Shown piece after piece: positions 10,358 to 20,289 of a DNA stretch of 64,000 nucleotides. Each line of letters opens with the position of its first letter. Position 1 is the first letter of the stretch. The stretch is from Dehalococcoidales bacterium (GTDB taxonomy: Bacteria > Chloroflexota > Dehalococcoidia > Dehalococcoidales > UBA1222). Under the pieces are notes generated by a model. That model made no database searches. It had not been told where the DNA came from and was given only the letters and a program-made list of their open reading frames with translations. Location of the stretch: contig JAEESL010000001.1 of the NCBI GenBank assembly GCA_016286345.1, positions 50,219 to 114,218 of the forward strand, given 5' to 3'. Both the position numbers and the translations under genes were made by a program.

Positions 10358-11443
10358 ATGACTGACGAAGAATATATGAGTATTGCAATTGAAGAAGCAA
10401 AACGCGGTGCCGGATGGGTTGCCCCGAATCCTATGGTCGGAGCCGTCATAGTTAAAGACGGACAGATCATCGGAAAGGGTTATCATACCCGATACGGAGA
10501 TCTTCATGCGGAACGTGAAGCCATTGCTGCGAGCTGCGGTGATCTTCACGGGTCAACAATATATGTCACGCTTGAACCATGCTGTCATTACGGCAAACAG
10601 CCTCCATGCATCGATGCAATAACAGATGCCGGTATCAGCCGTGTGGTATTCGGTTCCTCTGATCCCAATCCTCTTGTAAACGGCAAAGGAGTATCTATCC
10701 TCAGAGAAAAAGGAATAACCGTTGTCTCCGGTGTTCTGAAAAATGAGTGCGATAAGATCAATAAGGCATTTTTCAGACATATACAGACAGGCCTTCCTTA
10801 TGTCACTTTGAAATATGCAATGACAATGGACGGAAAGATCGCATCCCATACCGGTCTTTCAAAATGGATAACAGGTGAGACTGCTCGCAGACATGTTCAT
10901 CAGGAACGTTCTGCCAGTCAGGCTATCATGGTCGGGATCGGGACTGTATTAAGCGATGATCCTCTGCTTACCTCTCGTATAGAAGGGGGCAGAAATCCCA
11001 TCAGAATCATATGCGATACAAATCTGAGAACTCCTCTTGACTCAAATATCGTGAAAACGGCAAAGGATGTCAGAACCATAATTGCCTGTTCCGTATCTGA
11101 TGAATCACGATACGTTTCATACACTGAAAAAGGCTGTGAAGTCATCTTTGTTGAAGCAGAAGACGGACATATTGATTTGAAGAAACTCATGTCCGTTCTC
11201 GGGACAAGACAGATAAACAGTATTCTGCTCGAGGGCGGCAGTCAGCTCAACTGGGCAGCCGTTAAAGCAGGAATAGTTAATAGGGTTCAGGCATATATTG
11301 CCCCCAAGATACTCGGAGGATCGGATGCCAAAACTCCTGTCGGAGGAATCGGAATGGATGATCCGGAGAATTGCCTGAAGCTTGTTAATCCGGAAATCAC
11401 CAGACTGGGTGATGACATCCTTATTGAAAGTGAGGTTGAATGA
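10358..11443 (+). CDS. ribD: Bifunctional riboflavin biosynthesis deaminase/reductase
   Basis: 361 aa. Deaminase zinc motifs HAERE and PCCHYGKQPPC, plus a C-terminal reductase domain. First gene after the FMN riboswitch. Confidence 0.9.
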   Translation: MTDEEYMSIAIEEAKRGAGWVAPNPMVGAVIVKDGQIIGKGYHTRYGDLHAEREAIAASCGDLHGSTIYVTLEPCCHYGKQPPCIDAITDAGISRVVFGSSDPNPLVNGKGVSILREKGITVVSGVLKNECDKINKAFFRHIQTGLPYVTLKYAMTMDGKIASHTGLSKWITGETARRHVHQERSASQAIMVGIGTVLSDDPLLTSRIEGGRNPIRIICDTNLRTPLDSNIVKTAKDVRTIIACSVSDESRYVSYTEKGCEVIFVEAEDGHIDLKKLMSVLGTRQINSILLEGGSQLNWAAVKAGIVNRVQAYIAPKILGGSDAKTPVGGIGMDDPENCLKLVNPEITRLGDDILIESEVE

Positions 11444-11444
11444 G

Positions 11445-12089
11445 ATGTTCACCGGTATTGTTGAAGAGATTGGCACGATTGAATCTATCCAGCATCTGAA
11501 GGATTCCGCAAGGATATCCATCAGGGCATCCAGAATAATGTCGGATATGCATGTCGGTGACAGCATAGCTGTGAATGGTATCTGTTTGACTGTAACTTCA
11601 TTTTCAGACAATGTTTTTTACGTTGATGCAATGCATGAAACACTGCGCAGATCTTCTCTTTCCGAAATGAGGAACGGAACACACGTGAATCTTGAAAGGG
11701 CAATGGCTTCCAACGGAAGATTCGGAGGTCATATTGTCAGCGGACATATCGACGGAACAGGAAGAATAAGGAATATCTACAAAGACGGAATAGCGGTATG
11801 GTACGAAATAAATGCTGACCCCTCAATCATTCATTACATTGTTAAGAAGGGATCAGTTGCTGTTGATGGTATCAGCCTGACTGTAGCGGCCGTTGGGACA
11901 GATTTCTTCTCTGTTTCAACAATTCCCCATACAAATGCTTTTACTACCCTGAATGAAAGAAAGAAGGGGGACACTGTCAATCTTGAGAATGATATCGTCG
12001 GAAAATATGTTGAGCATTTTCTGACTGATCAGAAACCCGAGAGTAAACAGGGTCTTACGGAAGAATTTCTGGCAAAATGCGGTTTTTAG
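11445..12089 (+). CDS. ribE: Riboflavin synthase alpha chain
   Basis: Canonical N-terminus MFTGIVEEIGT, with an internal duplicated lumazine-binding repeat. The ATG lies 1 nt after the ribD stop. The ORF-track start at 11382 is rejected. Confidence 0.9.
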   Translation: MFTGIVEEIGTIESIQHLKDSARISIRASRIMSDMHVGDSIAVNGICLTVTSFSDNVFYVDAMHETLRRSSLSEMRNGTHVNLERAMASNGRFGGHIVSGHIDGTGRIRNIYKDGIAVWYEINADPSIIHYIVKKGSVAVDGISLTVAAVGTDFFSVSTIPHTNAFTTLNERKKGDTVNLENDIVGKYVEHFLTDQKPESKQGLTEEFLAKCGF

Positions 12090-12095
12090 GAGGTA

Positions 12096-13298
12096 TTGGT
12101 GAATAAGTTTAATACAATTGATGAGGCACTTCAGGATCTCAGAAACGGCAGGATAATCCTTGTTACTGATGACCCTGACAGAGAGAATGAAGGGGATTTT
12201 ATCTGTGCTGCTGAATTTGCCACGACTGAAAATGTAAATTTCATGGCAACACACGGAAAAGGACTTATATGTATGCCTATGTCTGAGGAATTTGTTAAAA
12301 AACTGAGAATTCCTCAGATGGTAACGCAGAATACTGATAATCATGAAACAGCATTTACTGTTTCAATAGATCATGTTTCGACAACCACCGGTATTTCTGC
12401 TGCAGAACGTTCCGTCACTGCCATGAAATGCGTTGAAGACGGTGTGAAACCGGAAGATTTCAGACGGCCGGGACATATGTTTCCTTTGCTTGCAAGACGA
12501 AACGGAGTCCTCGAACGTAACGGACACACTGAGGCAACTGTGGATCTCTGCAGGCTTGCAGGACTGAAGGAATGCGGATTATGCTGCGAGATAATGAGGG
12601 ATGACGGCACCATGATGCGTACTCCTGAGCTGATGGAACTTGCAGAAAAATGGAATCTTAAATTCATTACTATCAAGGATCTTCAGCATTACAGAAAATA
12701 CCATGACAAGCTTGTGGAACGTGTTGCCGTGACTCATCTTCCCACAAAGTTCGGAGATTTTCAGGCATACGGTTACATAAATATTCTTAACGGAGAACAC
12801 CATATCGCACTTGTTAAAGGTGACATCGGTGACGGAAACAATATTCTCTGCCGCGTTCATTCAGAATGTCTTACAGGCGATACATTCGGATCACTGAGAT
12901 GTGACTGCGGACAGCAGCTTGCATCTGCCATGTCCCAGATCGAAAGGGAAGGCTGCGGTATTCTGCTTTATATGAGACAGGAAGGAAGAGGAATAGGTCT
13001 TATCAACAAACTTAAGGCTTATGAACTGCAGGAGAAAGGGCTCGACACTCTGGAGGCAAATATCGCACTGGGATTCAGAGGGGATCAGCGTGAGTACTAT
13101 ATCGGTGCACAGATACTGAAGGATCTCGGAGTGAACAGTCTCCGTCTGCTTACAAACAACCCTGATAAAGTCTATCAGCTTTCTGATTTCGGTCTGAATA
13201 TAACAGAAAGAGTTCCCATACAGATGACACCCACAGATTATGATCTTTTTTATCTTAAAACTAAACAGTCCCGAATGGGTCATTTAATGGATTTTTAA
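12096..13298 (+). CDS. ribBA: Bifunctional 3,4-dihydroxy-2-butanone-4-phosphate synthase / GTP cyclohydrolase II
   Basis: 400 aa. DHBP synthase motif DRENEGDFI; GCH II motif [27 protein letters not shown] at 12088-12093; the start is TTG 12096 or GTG 12099. Confidence 0.9.
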   Translation: MVNKFNTIDEALQDLRNGRIILVTDDPDRENEGDFICAAEFATTENVNFMATHGKGLICMPMSEEFVKKLRIPQMVTQNTDNHETAFTVSIDHVSTTTGISAAERSVTAMKCVEDGVKPEDFRRPGHMFPLLARRNGVLERNGHTEATVDLCRLAGLKECGLCCEIMRDDGTMMRTPELMELAEKWNLKFITIKDLQHYRKYHDKLVERVAVTHLPTKFGDFQAYGYINILNGEHHIALVKGDIGDGNNILCRVHSECLTGDTFGSLRCDCGQQLASAMSQIEREGCGILLYMRQEGRGIGLINKLKAYELQEKGLDTLEANIALGFRGDQREYYIGAQILKDLGVNSLRLLTNNPDKVYQLSDFGLNITERVPIQMTPTDYDLFYLKTKQSRMGHLMDF

Positions 13299-13309
13299 AG
13301 GAGAAAAAC

Positions 13310-13771
13310 ATGAACACATTAGAAGGAAAACTGGTTGCCAATGATATTAAGGTCGGAATTGTAGCATCACGTTTCAATGAATTCATTACATCCAAGCTTC
13401 TCAGCGGTGCATATGACGGACTTCTCAGACATGAAGTCAACGATGAAGATATCACAGTTGCTTGGGTTCCCGGCGCTTATGAGATTCCTCTGATCGCATC
13501 CAAGATGGCAAACACCCGTGATTATGATGTGATAATCTGTCTCGGTGCAGTGATAAGAGGAAGTACGGATCATTATGATTATGTCTGCAATGAAGTATCA
13601 AAAGGAATTGCCCAGGTCACACTTCAGACAGGAATTCCCGTAATGTTCGGTGTTCTTACAACCGATACCATTGAACAGGCAATCGAAAGAGCAGGCACCA
13701 AAGCAGGAAACAAAGGCTACGATTGTGCTCTCAGTGCAATTGAAATGGTCAATCTTATCAGAAAAATATAA
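13310..13771 (+). CDS. ribH: 6,7-dimethyl-8-ribityllumazine synthase
   Basis: 153 aa. [13 protein letters not shown] and VPGAYEIP motifs. Confidence 0.9.
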   Translation: MNTLEGKLVANDIKVGIVASRFNEFITSKLLSGAYDGLLRHEVNDEDITVAWVPGAYEIPLIASKMANTRDYDVIICLGAVIRGSTDHYDYVCNEVSKGIAQVTLQTGIPVMFGVLTTDTIEQAIERAGTKAGNKGYDCALSAIEMVNLIRKI

Positions 13772-13873
13772 ATGAGATTACTATTCATTGCCGAACTGAG
13801 TGGAGGTCTTCAGCTGTTTACTGATCAGCTTTGATCCATGCATCATATAGTAAAATCCAATCGGGGGAATAAT

Positions 13874-14656
13874 ATGAACCAGGATGAACGAAGAATCTGG
13901 CTGATTAAGGAATTACTGGCTGAAAACAGTGAGTATAAAGGTGTCAGTATTCCATCCGATATCGACGGGCAGAAAAAACTTCTCAGAGGTCTGATGAATG
14001 TCAGAATGCCAAAGGAATTGAGCTCTGAGTTTACAAAGATTCAGGATGAATACCTGCAGTTGGAAAATAAAGCCAAGGGCATTACGGACTGCAATGATCT
14101 TCAGCCTGTTGCTTCAGATAACAGACTATTCATCTGGCAGGGTGATATAACCACATTAAAATGTGATGCAATAGTTAATGCGGCAAACGATAAACTCTTG
14201 GGATGTTTTGCTCCCAATCATCTCTGCATCGACAATTGTATTCATAGCGCAGCCGGACTTCAGTTAAGGAACTACTGCTGGGAAATAATGAAAAAGCAGG
14301 GACATGATGAATATACTGGGACAGCCAAGATAACTCCTGCATTCAATCTGCCATGCAGATATGTGATTCACACTGTCGGACCTATAGTTGATGGCGAACT
14401 GACTGAAAAACATAAAAACGATTTGGAATCCAGCTATACAGCTTGCCTTGATATCGCAATGAAAAACGATTGCAGAAGCATTGCTTTCTGCTGTATATCG
14501 ACCGGTGTTTTTGCTTTTCCTCAAAGAGAAGCGGCACAGATTGCTGTGGACACTGTGAAAAGGTGGAAGGAACAGAATCCATCTGATATCGCATGCATAT
14601 TCAATGTATTCACTGATGCAGACAGAAAAATCTATGATGATCTGCTTAACAGTTAA
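13874..14656 (+). CDS. Macrodomain protein (SirTM-linked protein-ADP-ribose hydrolase type)
   Basis: Macro core IWQGDITTLKCDAIVNAAN...GCF..IDNCIHSAAG, with an N-terminal helical extension. I prefer the ATG at 13874 (GGGGGA upstream) over the ORF-track start at 13838. Confidence 0.75.
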   Translation: MNQDERRIWLIKELLAENSEYKGVSIPSDIDGQKKLLRGLMNVRMPKELSSEFTKIQDEYLQLENKAKGITDCNDLQPVASDNRLFIWQGDITTLKCDAIVNAANDKLLGCFAPNHLCIDNCIHSAAGLQLRNYCWEIMKKQGHDEYTGTAKITPAFNLPCRYVIHTVGPIVDGELTEKHKNDLESSYTACLDIAMKNDCRSIAFCCISTGVFAFPQREAAQIAVDTVKRWKEQNPSDIACIFNVFTDADRKIYDDLLNS

Positions 14657-14664
14657 TTTCAGAA

Positions 14665-15675
14665 ATGATCAATGCATTTAACAACAATTACAAACAGGGT
14701 GATAAGTTCACTGATAAGATCATCAGATTAAAGAATGAAATAAATGGTGCTGATGCCATTATTATTGGGGCTGGTGCAGGTCTGTCCACATCGGCGGGAT
14801 ATGAGTATTCCGGCGACCGCTTCAAAAAGTATTTTCTGGATTTTTCAGGAAAATATGGATTTCAGGATGCGTATGCGGGAGGTTTTTATCCTTATTCAAC
14901 TCCTGAGGAAACATGGGCATTCTGGAGCCGTTATATCTTCATCAATCGTTATATGTGTATTCCGAAACCCGATGTATATACTGATCTTTTAAATCTTGTG
15001 AAAGACAAGGATTATTTTGTTATAACTACGAATGTTGACCATTGTTTCCAGCGTTCGGGATTTGATAAGAACAGACTTTTCTATACACAGGGTGACTATG
15101 GATTATTCCAGTGCTCTGAACCGTGTCACAGAAAAACATATGTGAATGATGAAACAGTCAGGAAAATGGTCATTTCACAAGGATACTCAATTAAAGGTGA
15201 TATTCTTGAACCGCCATCATCTGAAAACGGAGAAATTGCGTGGGATCATTTGAAGATGACTATCCCATCAGATTTAGTTCCGTTTTGTCCTGTTTGCGGT
15301 AAACCAATGAGTATGAATCTCAGAAGTGATGGTACATTCGTTGAGGATGAAGGTTGGCACGAGGCTGCAGGCCGTTATGGTGATTATCTTGCTTCTCATG
15401 GAATAAAGTCATTTGGTTATTTTACAAGTGATTCCGATGCTGAACTGTTCCGGGAATATAACGGAAAGATCCTTTTTTGGGAACTCGGTGTCGGTTTCAA
15501 TACACCCGGAATCATTAAATATCCTTTCTGGAAAATGACTAAAGACAGTAATAATTCTTTCTATGCATGTATCAATATGGATGAAGAATACATTCCAAAT
15601 GAAATATCTGACAGGTCCGTTTATTTGAATGGGGACATCGGAGAGATAATAAAAAGACTTGGCTCCATAGAATGA
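14665..15675 (+). CDS. SIR2-family protein, class M sirtuin (SirTM)-like
   Basis: 336 aa. NAD-binding IIIGAGAGLSTSAGYEY, the TTNVDHCF and QGDYG motifs, and Zn-ribbon cysteines CSEPC...CPVCG. Directly follows the macrodomain gene. Confidence 0.7.
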   Translation: MINAFNNNYKQGDKFTDKIIRLKNEINGADAIIIGAGAGLSTSAGYEYSGDRFKKYFLDFSGKYGFQDAYAGGFYPYSTPEETWAFWSRYIFINRYMCIPKPDVYTDLLNLVKDKDYFVITTNVDHCFQRSGFDKNRLFYTQGDYGLFQCSEPCHRKTYVNDETVRKMVISQGYSIKGDILEPPSSENGEIAWDHLKMTIPSDLVPFCPVCGKPMSMNLRSDGTFVEDEGWHEAAGRYGDYLASHGIKSFGYFTSDSDAELFREYNGKILFWELGVGFNTPGIIKYPFWKMTKDSNNSFYACINMDEEYIPNEISDRSVYLNGDIGEIIKRLGSIE

Positions 15676-15707
15676 AACCAAGTCTTTATCATCAGCAAAT
15701 AATCAGT

Positions 15708-16697
15708 TTATTTCTTCTTTGTTTTTGCTTCTTTTTTTGCCGGCTTATCAGCATTTTCCTCGAACATGCTCATGAATTTCTTTGTGAATATTTCTTTGTC
15801 GACTGATGTGATCACTTCGTCCTTGTATTCTTTGAGGGCAGGCATTGATTCATAAGTGCTGCCTTTCTTATAGAAAATGACCTGTCCGTATGCAGGGCCC
15901 TGAACATTGCAGCATTCGCAGTGAACTGCGCATCTTCCTGTGACTACTTCGGGCCAGATAGCAGTTGCCATTGCAACGGCATCAGGAAGATCTACCATGT
16001 GCTGACCGCGTGTCTTCTGGTTGAATTCAAGAAGAACTGATGTGGCATCATGAAGGAACTTTCCGGCCTTTGAGACCTGTTTGAGATATGAAAGTTCATA
16101 TTTATCGATTTCAATGTCACCGACACAGAGATCGAATCCTGCAATGGATACAGGGATTTCTGAACCGAGCATGAGAGCATATGCTTCAGCATCAATAAAT
16201 ACATTGAATTCTGATACAGGAGTGGCATTGCCGGGACCGAAGCCCGGAGTTCCCATTGACCAGATCCTCTTTACGTGGCTCATTGTTTCACGGTCCTGAA
16301 GGATTGCAAGAGCAATATTTGTAACAGGACCTGTTGCAATGATTTCAAGTTCACCGGGATATTTCTGTGCCATATCAAGTATAAAGTCGACAGCTCTTTT
16401 CTTGGCTGCCTTTTTCACAGGATGGATCAGATCTTTGTCGCCCATGCCGTCTTTTCCGTGAACGCTGATGGTTTCTTCTCTTTTGTGGAATAGAGGCTGT
16501 TTTGCACCAAGATACACATCGGTATCATTTCCGCAAACTTCCAGTGTCATAAGTGCATTATTGCCGGCCTGTTCCAGACTGACATTACCTGCCAGTACGG
16601 TGACACCGAGAAGCTCGATATCAGGACAGAAGGCTGCCATCATCAATGCAGCAGCATCATCTGAAGCGGTATCCGTATCGATTATTATTTTTCTCAT
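15708..16697 (-). CDS. Nucleoside hydrolase (IUNH family) with Lys-rich C-terminal tail
   Basis: N-terminal IIIDTDTASDDAAAL (DxDxxxDD fingerprint). Tail is ADKPAKKEAKTKKK. Confidence 0.8.
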   Translation of the reverse strand: MRKIIIDTDTASDDAAALMMAAFCPDIELLGVTVLAGNVSLEQAGNNALMTLEVCGNDTDVYLGAKQPLFHKREETISVHGKDGMGDKDLIHPVKKAAKKRAVDFILDMAQKYPGELEIIATGPVTNIALAILQDRETMSHVKRIWSMGTPGFGPGNATPVSEFNVFIDAEAYALMLGSEIPVSIAGFDLCVGDIEIDKYELSYLKQVSKAGKFLHDATSVLLEFNQKTRGQHMVDLPDAVAMATAIWPEVVTGRCAVHCECCNVQGPAYGQVIFYKKGSTYESMPALKEYKDEVITSVDKEIFTKKFMSMFEENADKPAKKEAKTKKK

Positions 16698-16926
16698 GTT
16701 TTTCTCCTTTTTATTTTTATATTTTTAATAAAAGAGTACACAGATATTTATTTATCAACTTTGGATATGTATTAACAATAGCGTATCAAACTGATTTAAG
16801 CCCTTCCCTGATATGAAGTTGTGCATGATCATTCCGATGATGAAACATCTTCAGTCTTCCAAACGAATTGACTAGATTATAAAGCATTTTATGAACTGTA
16901 TGTATAGGGTGAATTGACAATGACGG

Positions 16927-17970
16927 CTATTCCAGATTGCCTTCTGTATTGATGATGAGAATTACGGAATCTTTATCCATCTGCATTTCCGCCTGTTTCG
17001 AATCTTCAAATATCCTTCTCAGGAATCCGAGACTGACAGCTCCGCATTCTCCGCATGAAAAAACCGGATCAGAACCGATTGGTTTTCTTGAAAGCTCCAT
17101 TCCTTGCAATGCAATATCATCATCACATTGGATACACCATTCAGCACAGTGTTTGAGTATTGGCAGACTGATTATGTTCGGCTCTCCGCAGTTCAGTCCG
17201 GCCATGATCGTTTCAGGTTCTCCTCCGATACTGCAGAAACGGTTCTCTTTAATTGAGTTATAAATACACGGAACAGCTGATGATTCTATGATCCCGATAT
17301 GGGGAAGTGTATCCATTTTGTTCTGCAGATACCAGCATACGCCTCCGGCCAGTGAACCCACTCCTGCCTGAATAAAAACATGCGTCGGCTTTTCCTTCAT
17401 CCGTTCCAGAGCTTCTGCCATAAGTGTTGAATAACCGAGCATTATATTTTCAGGTATATCTGTGTATCCTTCGAAAGCCTGATCCTGAACCAGAATATAG
17501 TTGTTCTCATTAGCAAATCGACTGGCAAATCTGACCGTATCATCATAATTCAATTGCTTGACTATAACTTCAGCGCCATATTTCTTTATGGCATCAATCC
17601 TTCTTTGTTCTGCATTTCCCGGCATGAAAATATAACACTTATGATCGGTCAGATTTGAATACCATGCCAGAGCCTTGCCGTGATTGCCGTCTGTACATGA
17701 TACAAATACTGCATCCGGTGAATTTATTTTACTGACAGCATAACTGACACCGAGTCCTTTGAAAGCATTTAATCCGAAACGCTTGGATTCATCTTTTATA
17801 CAGAGATTTTTAATGCCATATTTTTCTGCAATATCATGTAATTCGAGTAATGGCGTTTCATTATAGAAGGGGAGACTTCTGTGAAAAGACAGAGCATCTT
17901 CAAAATTATCATTGAGATGAAATCTATTATCGTATTTTCTGTTTGTGTTTGTATAAATCCGGTATTTCAT
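16927..17970 (-). CDS. PLP-dependent enzyme, diaminopropionate ammonia-lyase-like (Trp-synthase beta superfamily)
   Basis: 347 aa. DESKRFGLNAFKGLGVSYAV with a PLP-lysine context, and a Gly-rich loop GVGSLAGG. Confidence 0.6.
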   Translation of the reverse strand: MKYRIYTNTNRKYDNRFHLNDNFEDALSFHRSLPFYNETPLLELHDIAEKYGIKNLCIKDESKRFGLNAFKGLGVSYAVSKINSPDAVFVSCTDGNHGKALAWYSNLTDHKCYIFMPGNAEQRRIDAIKKYGAEVIVKQLNYDDTVRFASRFANENNYILVQDQAFEGYTDIPENIMLGYSTLMAEALERMKEKPTHVFIQAGVGSLAGGVCWYLQNKMDTLPHIGIIESSAVPCIYNSIKENRFCSIGGEPETIMAGLNCGEPNIISLPILKHCAEWCIQCDDDIALQGMELSRKPIGSDPVFSCGECGAVSLGFLRRIFEDSKQAEMQMDKDSVILIINTEGNLE

Positions 17971-18147
17971 TCCATGTCAGATTATATCGTAAACTCAGAA
18001 TGAGATTATTATTGGTTTACAGGAATGAATGACACTCATATTCATCATAAATGTAACAAAGATGTTGCATGATTTCCGCTAATATGTGGTGGCTGTTATT
18101 CTTCTATTTGATAAAATGATTATTGAAAAATCCAGGGGAGATATAAC

Positions 18148-18591
18148 ATGAAACTGCCGGACAAAATATTTGCATTGCGAAAATCAAAGGGGTTGTCACA
18201 GGAAGATTTGGCTGAGAAGATGAATGTTTCAAGGCAAACCGTATCCCGTTGGGAGGTCGGTTCCGTATCCCCGGATGCTGACAATCTGAAACAACTCAGC
18301 AATATATTTGGCGTAACTGTAGATTATCTTCTTAATGATGAATATGAAACTAATGAAGATATTCATCAAGCCAAGGATGATAAAACATCTCCCTCGAAAA
18401 ATAAAAATATATCCCAAAAGGCTTTACTGATAACTGCTATTGCCTTCGGCGTTGCAGCCCTTGCATTTCTGATTAAGGCTATTGATCAATTGAATATCAT
18501 TTATGTGATACTGGCAGTTGTTGATGCGATCATGTCTTTGGTCTGGATCATCCTGTATGAACGAATAAAAAAACAGAGTAAAGATGTTTGA
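18148..18591 (+). CDS. XRE-family HTH regulator with C-terminal transmembrane segments
   Basis: LRKSKGLSQEDLAEKMNVSRQTVSRWE HTH, followed by two hydrophobic helices. Confidence 0.75.
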   Translation: MKLPDKIFALRKSKGLSQEDLAEKMNVSRQTVSRWEVGSVSPDADNLKQLSNIFGVTVDYLLNDEYETNEDIHQAKDDKTSPSKNKNISQKALLITAIAFGVAALAFLIKAIDQLNIIYVILAVVDAIMSLVWIILYERIKKQSKDV

Positions 18592-18692
18592 TTCTTATAT
18601 TTAAGTCATATGCAACTTAGGCCACTGGAGCATTTTACCATGCATTACCTGTTTCTTTTCTCTTGATTTTCTTCCTTACTCGGAATATGATT

Positions 18693-18722
18693 AAAACTAG
18701 TTAGCGTTGGCTAACTAGTTTT
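18693..18722. repeat. Perfect 13-bp inverted repeat (terminator and/or operator); contains AGTTAG-N6-CTAACT
   Basis: aaaactagttagc gttg gctaactagtttt. Lies between the XRE gene and the small HTH gene. Confidence 0.6.
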
Positions 18723-18753
18723 GTTCGACTTGTTTATAACGCAAACTATCAGC

Positions 18754-18978
18754 ATGAAGAGGTGCAGATTGAAAGGGTATTTATCAGTTAAGCAGACATC
18801 CGATAAATGGGGCGTCTCTATGCGCTGGGTGAATCAATATATACTGGAAGGGAGAATACCGGGATGCGAACGATTTGGACGTGTTTGGGTTGTCCCTGCA
18901 GATGCTATAAAGCCGGAACGGCTTAAACCTGGAGTGAAATCCAAGCTATCTTCTTCTCATAATGCTGAAAATATATGA
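18754..18978 (+). CDS. Small helix-turn-helix DNA-binding protein (excisionase/MerR-like HTH_17 type)
   Basis: LSVKQTSDKWGVSMRWVNQYILEGRIPG..WVVP pattern. I prefer the ATG at 18754 over the TTG at 18721. Confidence 0.55.
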   Translation: MKRCRLKGYLSVKQTSDKWGVSMRWVNQYILEGRIPGCERFGRVWVVPADAIKPERLKPGVKSKLSSSHNAENI

Positions 18979-18994
18979 TCTATTTTTATCGACC

Positions 18995-19011
18995 AGTTAG
19001 TCACGACTAAC
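18995..19011. promoter_or_regulatory. Second AGTTAG-N6-CTAAC palindrome, upstream of the HMA/ZIP genes
   Basis: agttag tcacga ctaac, with the same half-sites and spacing as the repeat at 18699-18716. Confidence 0.4.
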
Positions 19012-19101
19012 GAAGGGAGACTATATTTATCCATGATTTGGGAAGCAAGAGAATCCGCCTGTCCTGTGACTGCTGGTACAAAAAGAAAAAAGGATTGAAA
19101 C

Positions 19102-19356
19102 ATGATTAAAACAACAATAAATATTGACGGTATGATGTGCGGAATGTGTGAGGCACACATATGTGACGCAATTCGAAAGGCGGTCCCCTATGCGAAGCAT
19201 GTCACTGCTTCAAGAAGTAAAAAGGAAGCATCCTTCCTGACAGAGGCGGAAGTGGATAAAGACAGTTTAAAGACTGCCATCGATGCTACGGGGTATACCT
19301 GTCTGGGCATCAAATCGACTCCTTATGAAAAGAAGGGTTTGTTCGGTTGGAAATGA
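19102..19356 (+). CDS. Heavy-metal-associated (HMA) domain protein, CopZ-like
   Basis: 84 aa. The metal-binding motif GMMCGMCEAH is of the GMxCxxC type. Confidence 0.75.
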   Translation: MIKTTINIDGMMCGMCEAHICDAIRKAVPYAKHVTASRSKKEASFLTEAEVDKDSLKTAIDATGYTCLGIKSTPYEKKGLFGWK

Positions 19357-20141
19357 AAACGGTGATATGGGGGCTTCTGATCCCTTTTATCGGGACGGCA
19401 GCCGGGGCAGCATGCGTTTTCTTCCTGAAAAGGGATCTGAAGGCCGGAGTGCAGCGTGCACTGACCGGATTTGCAGCTGGTGTCATGGTGGCAGCTTCCA
19501 TCTGGAGCCTGATAGTTCCTGCCATTGAACAGTCTGCGGCGAAAGGACGATTGTCTTTCCTTCCCGCTTTTATCGGATTCTGGCTAGGGATCCTGTTCCT
19601 GCTTATTTTGGATCATGTGATCCCTCATTTGCACAGAAGCATCGACCGGGCGGATCAGCCGGAAGGACCAAAATCCAGCCTGAACAGAACGATCATGATG
19701 GTGCTGGCGGTGACACTGCACAACATCCCGGAGGGCATGGCTGTCGGTGTGGTCTATGCAGGACTGCTCGCCGGTTCGGCCAATATCACCGCAGGCGGTG
19801 CACTGGCCCTGGCACTGGGAATCGCGATCCAGAACTTTCCGGAAGGCGCAATCATATCCATGCCGCTCTTTGCGGAAGGGAAAAGCAAACAAAAGTCTTT
19901 CTGTCTGGGCGTTCTGTCCGGTGCAGTAGAACCGATTTTCGGCGGACTTACGGTTTTAATCGCCAGTCTGGTGATCCCGGCAATGCCATATCTCCTATCC
20001 TTCGCGGCCGGAGCCATGTTGTATGTGGTCGTAGAGGAGCTGATACCTGAAATGTCTTCCGGAGAACATTCCAATATAGGTGTCATTTTCTTTGCCGTAG
20101 GCTTCAGCCTGATGATGGCATTGGACGTGGCGCTGGGATGA
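19353..20141 (+). CDS. ZIP-family divalent metal transporter (ZupT-like)
   Basis: Multi-TM. Conserved HNIPEGMAVG and QNFPEGA motifs. The ATG at 19353 overlaps the HMA gene stop (ATGA); the ORF-track TTG start is at 19347. Confidence 0.8.
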   Translation: MKTVIWGLLIPFIGTAAGAACVFFLKRDLKAGVQRALTGFAAGVMVAASIWSLIVPAIEQSAAKGRLSFLPAFIGFWLGILFLLILDHVIPHLHRSIDRADQPEGPKSSLNRTIMMVLAVTLHNIPEGMAVGVVYAGLLAGSANITAGGALALALGIAIQNFPEGAIISMPLFAEGKSKQKSFCLGVLSGAVEPIFGGLTVLIASLVIPAMPYLLSFAAGAMLYVVVEELIPEMSSGEHSNIGVIFFAVGFSLMMALDVALG

Positions 20142-20289
20142 GGAATTCATGATGAGATATCACATTGCGAAAACACGGTGCAGGAGACGCTCGTTATCCC
20201 GCTGTTTGGGCGCCTGGTGTGTTATGAGCGCTTTCCGGAGGAATAAGCAGACATGAAAAAATATGAACCCAAACAGGTCCATATTGGTT

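Noticed and set aside
19283-20086. Several 60-110-aa ORFs overlapping or antisense to the ZIP transporter gene (19283-19528 +, 19310-19525 -, 19584-19892 -, 19754-20086 -).
   Set aside because: They lie inside a well-supported ZIP-family CDS in a locally GC-richer stretch, where stop codons are rare in all frames. They have no motifs or RBS.
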